NCBI GenBank assembly: GCA_965240325.2
Contig: OZ251229.1
Span: 1 to 64,000 of the forward strand
Reading direction: 5' to 3'
Source of the DNA: Rebecca billardiae RCC1528
Lineage: Eukaryota > Protista > Haptophyta
DNA: 64,000 nucleotides
In this document: in pieces, positions 1 to 10,600 of the stretch
How positions within the stretch are numbered: the first letter of the stretch is position 1
How the letters are laid out: the number at the start of each line of letters is the position of its first letter
Program-made: the position numbers and the translations under genes
Notes under the pieces: generated by a model
What the model saw: only the letters and a program-made list of their open reading frames with translations
Database searches by the model: none
What the model was told of the DNA's origin: nothing

Positions 1-128
1 CCTAACCCTAACCCTAACCCTAACCCTAACCCCTAACCCCTAACCCTAACCCTAACCCTAACCCTAACCCTAACCCTAACCCTAACCCTAACCCTAACCT
101 AACCCTAACCCTAACCCTAACCCTAACC

Positions 129-194
<66 letters not shown>

Positions 195-220
195 CCCTAA
201 CCCTAACCCTAACCCTAACC

Positions 221-260
<40 letters not shown>

Positions 261-276
261 CCCCTAACCCTAACCC

Positions 277-317
<41 letters not shown>

Positions 318-1135
318 CCCTAACCCTAACCCTAACCCTAACCCTAACCCTAACCCTAACCCTAACCCTAACCCTAACCCTAACCCTAACCCTAACCCTA
401 ACACCCTAACCCTAACCCTAACCCTAACCCTAACCCTAACCCTAACCCTAACCCTAACCCTAACCCTAACCCTAACCCTAACCCTAACCCTAACCCTAAC
501 CCCCCTAACCCTAACCCTAACCCTAACCCTAACCCTAACCCTAACCCCTAACCCCTAACCCTAACCCTAACCCTAACCCTAACCCCTAACCCTAACCCCT
601 AACCCTAACCCCTAACCCTAACCCTAACCCTAACCCTAACCCTAACCCTACCTAACCCTAACCCTAACCCTAACCCTAACCCTAACCCTAACCCTAACCC
701 TAACCCCTAACCCTAACCCTAACCCTAACCCTAACCCCTAACCCTAACCCTAACCCTAACCCTAACCCTAACCCTAACCCTAACCCCTAACCCTAACCCT
801 AACCCTAACCCTAACCCTAACCCTAACCCTAACCCTAACCCTAACCCTAACCCTAACCCTAACCCTAACCCTAACCCTAACCCTAACCCTAACCCTAACC
901 CTAACCCTAACCCTAACCCTAACCCTAACCCTAACCCTAACCCTAACCCTAACCCTAACCCTAACCCTAACCCTAACCCTAACCCTAACCCTAACCCTAA
1001 CCCTAACCCTAACCCTAACCCTAACCCTAACCCTAACCCTAACCCTAACCCTAACCCTAACCCTAACCCTAACCCTAACCCTAACCCCTAACCCTAACCC
1101 TAACCCTAACCCTAACCCTAACCCTAACCCTAACC

Positions 1136-1173
<38 letters not shown>

Positions 1174-1508
1174 CTAACCCTAACCCCTAACCCTAACCCT
1201 AACCCTAACCCTAACCCTAACCCTAACCCTAACCCTAACCCTAACCCTAACCCTAACCCCTAACCCCTAACCCCTAACCCTAACCCTAACCCTAACCCTA
1301 ACCCTAACCCTAACCCTAACCCTAACCCTAACCCTAACCCTAACCCTAACCCTAACCCTAACCCTAACCCTAACCCTAACCCTAACCCTAACCCTAACCC
1401 TAACCCTAACCCTAACCCTAACCCTAACCCTAACCCTAACCCTAACCCTAACCCTAACCCTAACCCTAACCCTAACCCTAACCCTAACCCTAACCCCTAA
1501 CCCTAACC

Positions 1509-1549
<41 letters not shown>

Positions 1550-2075
1550 CCCTAACCCTAACCCTAACCCTAACCCTAACCCTAACCCTAACCCTAACCC
1601 TAACCCTAACCCTAACCCTAACCCTAACCCTAACCCTAACCCTAACCCTAACCCTAACCCTAACCCTAACCCTAACCCTAACCCTAACCCTAACCCTAAC
1701 CCTAACCCTAACCCTAACCCTAACCCTAACCCTAACCCTAACCCTAACCCTAACCCTAACCCTAACCCTAACCCCTAACCCTAACCCTAACCCTAACCCT
1801 AACCCTAACCCTAACCCTAACCCTAACCCTAACCCTAACCCTAACCCTAACCCTAACCCTAACCCTAACCCTAACCCTAACCCTAACCCTAACCCTAACC
1901 CTAACCCTAACCCTAACCCTAACCCTAACCCTAACCCTAACCCTAACCCTAACCCCTAACCCTAACCCTAACCCTAACCCTAACCCTAACCCTAACCCTA
2001 ACCCTAACCCTAACCCTAACCCTAACCCTAACCCTAACCCTAACCCTAACCCTAACCCTAACCCTAACCCTAACC
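1..2075 (-). repeat. Telomere, (CCCTAA)n / TTAGGG type, chromosome left end
   Basis: Continuous CCCTAA array from base 1 with only occasional single-base indels. Confidence 0.99.
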
Positions 2076-2080
2076 ACGAC

Positions 2081-2133
2081 GGTTAGGGTTAGGGTCGTGG
2101 TAAGGGTTAGGGTTAGGGTCGTGGTTAGGGTCG
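2081..2133 (+). repeat. Short inverted telomere-like block (GGTTAG interspersed with GGGTCGTG variant)
   Basis: ggttagggttagggtcgtggtaagggttagggttagggtcgtggttagggtcg directly abuts the CCCTAA array in opposite orientation. Confidence 0.9.
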
Positions 2134-2151
2134 CCGGTACTAAAATGGAAA

Positions 2152-2264
2152 TTTCTCGAGATTGACCGAACCGATTTCAACGAGACTTGGGCTCTGCCAT
2201 GGAAATAAGAAGGGCTAGAGGCCCTCCAATTTTGAGAGGATTCGGCTCGGTCAATCTCGAGAAA
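2152..2264. repeat. Inverted repeat, 18-bp perfect arms
   Basis: tttctcgagattgaccga (2152-2169) pairs with tcggtcaatctcgagaaa (2247-2264); pairing extends inward after one mismatch. Confidence 0.9.
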
Positions 2265-2278
2265 ACATACTTCTAAAC

Positions 2279-3862
2279 CAAGGCCTGACAGTTGGCCCTT
2301 TGAACCCCTGGTTCCGTCGACTCCACCCACCGGGCGGTGCGGCGCGCGAGGAGCCAGCTCGCCTGAAATCAGTGCGGCCGAGACCTCGCATTAATCGCGA
2401 AAATCAGGATAATAGGCAGCCGCGCGCAGCCGCCGGGCGCGCGGGTGCACTCGGCGCGCTCCCACAAGGCCTGACAGTTGGCCCTAACCCCTGGTTCCGT
2501 CGACTCCACCCACCGGGCGGTGCGGCGCGCGAGGAGCCAGCTCGCCTGAAATCAGCGCGGCCGAGACCTCGCATGAATCGCGAAAATCAGGATAATATGC
2601 AGCCGCGCGCCGCCGCCGAGCGCGCGGGTGCACTCGGCGCGCTCCCACAAGGCCTGACAGTTGGCCCTAACCCCTGGTTCCGTCGACTCCACCCACCGGG
2701 CGGTGCGGCGCGCGAGGAGCCAGCTCTCCTGAAATCAGTGCGGCCGAGACCTCGCATTAATCGCGAAAATCAGGATAATAGGCAGCCGCGCGCCGCCGCC
2801 GGGCGCGCGGGTGCACTCGGCGCGCTCCCACAAGGCCTGACAGTTGGCCCTAGCCCCTGGTTCCGTCGACTCCACCCACCGGGCGGTGCGGCGCGCGAGG
2901 AGCCAGCTCGCCTGAAATCAGCGCGGCCGAGACCTTGCATTAATCGCGAAAATCAGGATATTAGGCAGCCGCGCGCCGCCGCCGGGCGCGCGGGTGCACT
3001 CGGCGCGCTCCCACAAGGCCTGACAGTTGGCCCTAGCCCCTGGTTCCGTCGACTCCACCCACCGGGCGGTGCGGCGCGCGAGGAGCCAGCTCGCCTGAAA
3101 TCAGCGCGGCCGAGACCTCGCATAAATCGCGAAAATCACTCTAATATGCAGCCGCGCGCCGCCGCCGGGCGCGCGGGTGCACTCGGCGCGCTCCCACAAG
3201 GCCTGACAGTTGGCCCTAGCCCCTGGTTCCGTCGACTCCACCCACCGGGCGGTGCGGCGCGAGAGGAGCCAGCTCGCCTGAAATCAGCGCGGCCGAGACC
3301 TCGCATTAATCGCGAAAATCAGGATAATATGCAGCCGCGCGCCGCCGCCGGGCGCGCGGGTGCACTCGGCGCGCTCCCACAAGGCCTGACAGTTGGCCCT
3401 AGCCCCTGGTTCCGTCGACTCCACCCACCGGGCGGTGCGGCGCGCGAGGAGCCAGCTCGCCTGAAATCAGTGCGGCCGAGACCTCGCATTAATCGCGAAA
3501 ATCAGCATATATTATGCAGCCGCGCGCCGCCGCCGGGCGCGCGGGTGCACTCGGCGCGCTCCCACAAGGCCTGACAGTTGGCCCTAGCCCCTGGTTCCGT
3601 CGACTCCACCCACCGGGCGGTGCGGCGCGCGAGGAGCCAGCTCGCCTGAAATCAGTGCGGCCGAGACCTCGCATTAATCGCGAAAATCACTATAATATGC
3701 AGCCGCGCGCCGCCGCCGGGCACGCAGGTGCACTCGGTGCGCTCCCGCAAGCCCTGAAAGTTGGTCCTAGCCCCTGGCTCCGTCGACTGCACCCACCGGG
3801 CGGTGCGGCGCGCGAGGAGCCAGCCCGCCTGAAATCAGTGCGGCCGACACCTTGCATTAATC
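2279..3862. repeat. Subtelomeric tandem satellite, 183-bp unit, about 8.6 copies
   Basis: aggcctgacagttgg recurs at 2281, 2467, 2650, 2833, 3016, 3199, 3382, 3567 and, diverged, at 3750. Confidence 0.97.
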
Positions 3863-4270
3863 CCTACGCGGCCTGTTTGCCTGAACTGTCACTCGCCGAC
3901 CCCGCCGAGCGCGCGCGCGGCCGGTAGGTGACCAGAGCCAAGCCAAGCACGCGCCGCTCTCACCTCTACCCGGCGGTTCGGAGCCGCCCAACACATATGC
4001 TCGACGGCTAGCGAGCGCTCGCTCGAGAGCGGGCCCTGCGCGACCGTCCCTATGCGGCCTATTTGCTTTAGCTGCCACCCGCCGGCCCTGCCGAGCGCGC
4101 GCGCGGCCGGTAGGTGACCAGAGCCAAGCAAAGCACGCGCCGCTCTCACCTCTACCCGGCGGTTCGGAGCCCCCCAGCACATATGCTCGACGGCCAGCGA
4201 GCGCTTGCTCGAGAGCGGGCCCTGCGCGACCGTCCCTATGCGGCCTGCTTGCCGTAACTGCCACCCGCCG
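3862..4270. repeat. Second tandem repeat, ~186-bp unit, about 2.2 copies
   Basis: ggtaggtgaccagagccaagc at 3923 and 4109; a third partial copy starts near 4234. Confidence 0.9.
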
Positions 4271-4699
4271 CGCGGCGCGCGGCGCGCGGCGCTGCGCCTC
4301 CCGGCGCCTGTGCGCACGAGCGGCGCGCTAACCTAGCCCGGCGCTCGCTCGCACGCGGTCCGCGGGTCTGCACGCGGCGGCTGATCGTACGTTCAGAATA
4401 ATATTGGTCGGGCCGGTCGAAGCGCGAGGTTCGATCGCAGGAGCGGGCGCTCGTGGCCCGCCGGAGCGAGCACAGCGGCGGCGCGCGGCCGCGGCCCTCA
4501 GCCCGTGCCCCTGCTCGGCAGCTGGGCGCTGCAGCGGGCGCACCCCACCCCGGCCTCGCGCGAGAGCAGCGGCGATGCGTTGGGGTGCGCGGCGGTGCGT
4601 TGCGCCGCGGAGTGGGCGCGTTGGCCGCTCCGGGCCCGCACCGGGCGCACGCACCGGGCACGCACTCGAACGCACTCGAGCCGGCGCGAGCTTCGACGC

Positions 4700-7600
4700 G
4701 CGGCCGCAGCCGGCACATCACAGGGGGCCAGCGCACAAGTCCGGCGGCGCGGCGTGCGCGGCAGCAGCGCTGCATTCAGCAGTTGCCGCCCACCGGGGTC
4801 AGGTTGGACGAGGTGGAAGATGGGGGGCCGGGGCGGGGCCAGCTTCAAACGGTGCGAGGCGCTCGGACGGCAGTGGGGTGCCATGCGCGCGTCGCCCCCG
4901 GCGCGCGGCCGCGCCGCCGTCCGACGCCCAACGCAGCCTCGGAGAGCCGCCACGCCGCGCAGCGGCATGCGCGTCGCAGAGCGTGCGTGCAGTCGCGGGC
5001 AAGAGGGCAGTCCAAGCGCGCAGCACGCACCCCGCGCGAAACCGCAGTGCGCGGGCTGCTGCTCGTCGGCGCGAGCCTCGCCTGCCAGGCCGCTGCGGCC
5101 CGAGCCGCGACGCCCGGCGGTCGCGAGCCGCCACGCGGCGCGCAGCCACGCCTGCGCCGAGGCAGTGAGCGCGCACGCGCGCGTAGCGGACGAGGAGCAC
5201 GCATACGCGCGTGCGCGCGTTGCTGACCCGCCGGCACCTCCCGCCGTTGCGCCCGTCTGCAAAGCGAGACCCACCCCGCGGAGAACTCGGGCTGCCATGC
5301 TGATTTCTGAACAAGCGACGGAATTCGGGAGGCGCGAGGGAAAAAAGCACCGCCCGGCGACCCACGCCCCCCCAAAAAACAGCCCTCGGCAAGCATGGCG
5401 GCCCTCGTTCCGCCTCGGCGTTCGCGGGGTCAAGACTCAAGGGCTCAAGGCGGACGTCGTGCTGTCCGGCGCGCACGCACGCCGACTCAGCGCGACTCAG
5501 CGGTGCGAGAGAGGGGCCACGCGCCGCCGAGCACCATGCGCTCGGTGCACCCCCTCCGGCTCGCACCGCCCCACCCGTGGCCCTTGCGACTGCGCCCCCG
5601 ACGCGAGCGCACTGCCCGCTCGCTCGGCCCGCGCTGAAAGCAAACGCTGCCGGCTGCGCGCGGCCGCGCGAGCGCACGGCCGAGCGGCCGAGCGCGCTTG
5701 CTGGAGGGATGCACTCGCGTCTCCGCCACTCGCACGCACGACGCCGCGCAGTGCGTGGTGCCCGCCAGCCACGCGTGAACAGCTGCCAAGTCTGCGCGCA
5801 AAGCTCGGCCGCGGCGCGCTTGGCTGTTGAAAATAAAGGCTGCGCGACTCCTGCTAGCCACCGCCGACCCGCGGTGATCATGCGCGCCGGAGTGTGCGCT
5901 CGTCTCGACCGCCACGCACCATGGCAAGGGACGGCCGCTCCCTCGAAGCGAGGCGCGTGCGCGAGCGTGCGCAGCGCGGCTGTGATGGCGCGCACCAGAG
6001 GCAGCTCGGACGAGGTGAAGGATGGGGGGGCGGGGGCGGGGGCGGGCTGGGCCGGTGCGTTGCGCCAGCCACGGCCGCGACGCCCTCGCGCCACGCGCCG
6101 CCGACCTAGCATGCGCTGCGCTCGCTCGGCCGGCCCACCCCACACGCTGCCATCGCCTGCCATCGCGCTTGGCCGGTGCCGGCCACGCGCGCGCTGCCGC
6201 CGACGCGGCGTCGGTGCGGCCGCGATAGGTCGAGCCTGGGGCGCGGGCAGCCAGTGCGGGCGCGCGCGAGCACGCCGCGGGGCGCCACGCCTCGATCTCG
6301 GCTGCGCCACCGCGTGCTGCGCCCAGGTCCGACGAGCCCAGCCCAGCCGCACGGCGCGGCGAGCTCGCCGGCGGCGCCAGTCGGCACGGCTCCGGACGCA
6401 GCCTCTGACTTGCAGCCTTCGCCAGAGCCTGGCTCGTAGTCGTCGCGTGCGCACTCGCGCGAGCAGCCCGTTGGGCCCCACGCCTCGCTCTGGGCTGGAC
6501 CGCCGCGTGCTGCGCCGCGGTTCGTCATCACACCTCTCCAGCCGGAAGGCAGAGGCCATCAGCTGCCGAGTCACAGCCGAGTGGACGTGGTCGGAACACT
6601 CTGCGCAGGCCGCGCGCGGCAACTGTGCAAATGGCGGCGGCGGGCGCGGGCGCGGCTGCTTGGCTAGATGATGCGCATGATGAGGCCAAAGGCTCGTCAG
6701 ACGCCCGTCGTCGCTGATCCGCCGCCCAATCGGCCCTACCAGAGGCGGCCCGGCCGCACCCGGACGCGGCGACCGGGCTGCCTGCCCTCTCAGACTCGAA
6801 TGCCGATGGCGTGACTCCCAGCGCGGTGGGATAGGGCGGTGCCTGCGCGGCGGCCGCCCATCACCGCGATGCTGACCAGGCGCGAGCGCGCTCGAGTGTG
6901 CTCTTCTCGACCGCCACGTGCCCGCGCCGCGGCAAGCCGAGCCCGCTCTTTCGACGTGAGGCGCGCGTGCGCCCGGCCGCACCGCAGTGGGACGGCCGTG
7001 CGCAGATGAGCTGGCGCGAATCACGCGCGATGAGGAGCGCCCTGCTGCTTGCCGCGCTCACTACGCGGCCCACCAGGCGCAGGCTTGACGGAGGGTAAGA
7101 TGGGGGGCCGGGGCGGGGGCAGCATCGATCGGTGCGAGGCGCTGAGACGGCTGCGGCGCTCCACATCAGCAGCGCCCGGCCGCGCGGCCCGCCTCTCCAG
7201 TGCGGCCCGCCAGCCAGCAGCGCTCGGCGGTAGCTGCCACAGCAGCAGCGCCCGGCAGGCGCCGCCGCGCGCGCCGCGCGGTCCGCTCGGGCGCGGAGCG
7301 GCAGCCTCGGCGCCGCAGGAGCGTGCGCGGCGGGGCTCACACACGTCCCACCGCGCAAGAGCCGCGCAATCGGCAGCCGTGACGCGCCGCTCGGCGCTGC
7401 CGCGCTCCCGCCCTGACTGGGCCGCCCTTGCTGCACGCTGGGATGCCCTCGCGGGCGTGGCCCGTTCACCCCCCAGTTCGGCCGTCCGAGTGGCCCGACT
7501 GCCCGCGCACAGCCATGCCGTGCTGCGCCACGCGAAGCGCAACAGCACCTAGCCAGCCACAACGGCACAAGCCAGCTGCAGGCTTAGCAGAGAGAGGTGG

Positions 7601-10600
7601 CATTGCCACCTCCCTCGGCTGCAGTTGCTGAGTGGTCAGCGGGACACTCGCAGGCCGCGCTGCGACAGAGACCACAAATGGCGGCGGTGGGCGGCGACGC
7701 GGGCGATGGCTGCTGATTCACAAAGCAGCCAAGGCTCGTCGATAGACGCCCGCCATCGCCGCCTGCCTCCCCAAACCGCCCAGCGCTGCTATCGGACGGC
7801 CCGCGCCGCTCGCCGGAGACAGGTCGGATGGCGAGTGAGACTGGGCTGGGACAGATACGCACCTTGGGCTCGTGCGAGGCGCAGGGGCGGATACGGCGCT
7901 CCACGTACGCGCCTCCAGGCGCACGACCGCCTCGTCCGACGCGGGCTCGCGCCCATCTTGCGCCGCGGGATGCAGACTCGTGGGGAGAGGCCATGCTGAT
8001 TCGCGCGCAGCCGCGACCAACGGTCGTCGGTGACTTCGCGAAAAAATGATTACGTACCAACCGATATTCCAGGCGAGGGAAAAGTCAACTGGGCCTCGGA
8101 AGCCAGCATAAAGACTGGCCGCGGCAGAGAGCCTCGATGGAGGCCGTTTTGAACGCGCTCGCGCGCGGCGAGGTGAGCCGTGCAGGGTTGTTCGGCGCTG
8201 TGGGCGCCTCGAGGGCGTCAAGGTAGACCGCGCCCAAGCGGCTGTCGCCCCCTGGATCGGCCTCTCCGCGCCGTGCGAGGCCACGGCGCGCGGGCGGTAC
8301 ACGACCTCCTGTCTGACGGCCGAAGGTCCGAGTGGTCAGCCCCCAGTGCGTTTCTCCAGCGGCGCACGCCAGCCTGACGGGCGGCCGGCGGCCCCGCGTT
8401 TCCGCAAAAGCGCGAAAATCTTTTTTTGCGTCGATTTCACGGTAGGCGTCGGACCTGGCGCAGTCAGGAACAAGCTATGAGAGAGCCGCCGAAGCGGCCA
8501 GTCTTTATGGCGGCGCCGCTTCCCGGCCGTCCCCGGAGGGCGGCTGTCGGTCGCGTCGCGTGCGCGCGCGCGGCGGCCCAGTGGTGCGCGAGAGGATCCA
8601 CGCGCCGTCGAAGCACGCGCCCAGAGCGCCGCTCAAAACGTCCCACGCGCTGCCATCGCGACAGTGCGCGGCGACGCGAGCGCACCGCCACTCCCCTCGC
8701 TCGGCCGCGCTGCCACGCAAACGCAGCCGGCCGCGCGCGGTCGCGCGGGTGCACTGCCGAGCGGTCGAGCGCGCGTACTGGGGGGATGCACTCGCGTTTC
8801 CGTCGCTTGCACGACGCCGCACAGTGCGCGGTGCCCGTCAGCAACGCGTGAACAGCTGCCAAGTCTGCGCGCGGAGCTCGGCCGCGGCGTGCGCGGCCGT
8901 TCAGCATAGAGACTGCGCTTCTGCTGCTCGCCACTAACCCTAACCGCGCTGCGGTGTGCTCGTCTCGATCGCCACGTGCACGCGTCCCTGCAAGGGGCGG
9001 CCGCGCCTTCGACGTGAGGCGCGTGCGCGACCAGCGGCATGCAGTAGCTGCGCGTAGGCCGTTCGCTGCCGTGATGGCGCGGACTGGAGGCAGCTCGGAC
9101 GAGGTGGAAGATGGGGACGCGGGGGCGGTGGCAGCTGAGCTGGTGCGCGGCGCCAGCCACGTACGCGGCGCGCTCCCGCCACGCGCCGCCGAGCAGCACG
9201 CGCTGCGGTCGCTCGGCTGGCTCGCACCACCCCACGCGCTGCCGTCGGCCCGCGCGGGCGCGCGATGGGCAGCCCGATCCGGCAGCGCGCGCTGCCCCAG
9301 GCCCAGCATCGGTACGGCCGCGACAGCCCGAGCCTGGAGCACTGGCAGCCCGGGCGGGCGCGCGCGGGCATAGTCGCGGGATGCCACGCATCGACCTCGG
9401 CCGCGGCGCCGCGTGCTTCGCGCCGAGGTCAGACGAGCCCAGCCGAGCCGCACTGGACGCGGGCGCGCCTGGCATCGCGCGCTCGGCGCAGCCGGCACGG
9501 CTCCGGACGCACCGGCCTCGGCGCTGCAGCCGCAGCCCGAGGCTGGCTCGAGGTCGTCGCGTGCGCCCTCGTGCGGGTAGCCCGGGGGGTCCCACGCCTC
9601 GCGCTCGGCTTGACCGCCGCGTGCTGCGCCGCGGTTCATCGCACCTCGCCAACCAGGCCAGCAGCTGCCGCGCGGTCGGAGCACTCGGCACGGGCCGTGC
9701 GCGAGCGGCAACTGAGACTTCAGATGGCGGCGGGCGCGGGCGCGGGTGAAGGCTGCTTGGCTAGACGACGCGCAGGTTGCAGCCAAGGCTCGCCAGCAGA
9801 CGCCCGTCGTCACCGACCCACCGCCCAACCCACACACACACCCCGAGGCGGCTGTCAGACGGCACGCGGAGAGCGGCCGTGCGCCGGGAGCCGGCGCTCA
9901 CGCGCGGTGCGGGGCCTGGTCGACGCAGCGGCTGCCGCTCGCTGCGGGCACCAGGTGCAGGTTGGACGAAGAGCAAGATGGGGGGCCGGGGCGGGGAGCA
10001 GCGTCGACCGAGGGCGAGGCGCTGGGACGGCTGCGGCGCTCTCCGCCCGCAGCTGCCTGGCGCGCGGGCCCGTGCGGGGCAGCACCTGGCAGCCGCCCGC
10101 AGCAGCAGCCCTCGGCGGGCGCGCGCGCCGCGCGCTCGGCTCAAGCGCGGCGCGGCCGCTGGCGCCTCGGCGGAGCGCGCGTGTGAGCGGTGGGACGTGG
10201 ACGCAAACGTGTCACGGCACGGGAGCCAGCAGACGATCACGCCCAGCGCGCGCCGGCTCGAAGCGAGCGCGGTGCGGCCGCGGCGGCCTCGTGGGGCGCG
10301 ATTCGCGCGCGTCGGGACGCGCCCGTCACAGGGGCGCGCGGCGGTGAGCGCGTCGCCAAGCGCCGCGACGCGCTGCTCGGCGCATCGCACGGCTGCGACC
10401 GCCGCCGCAGCTGGGGTCAAGCGCGCCGAGGGAGAGCGGACGCGGCGCGAGCGCATCGGCGCAGCTCGCGTGCAGTGAGAGGCTGCATGGAGGCTCTGCC
10501 CCAACGCGGCCCGCGCCGCTTCGCTCGGCGAGCGCTCGGAGCGCGACACGCGCTGTCGGGCACCGAGCGCGACCGCGCGCGCGGGGGCCAGCGCCGCGCA

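Noticed and set aside
1-2075. Variant telomere units (CCCCTAA, CCCTAAA, CCTAA)
   Set aside because: Homopolymer-length changes typical of long-read error; no pattern.
2300-3574. 424-aa repetitive ORF
   Set aside because: By-product of a 183-bp (61-codon) satellite; non-ATG start, and the frame breaks at the 185-bp unit.
2279-4270. CRISPR array, hammerhead ribozyme or snRNA/5S array
   Set aside because: No unique spacers, no CUGANGA core and no recognisable RNA gene motifs.
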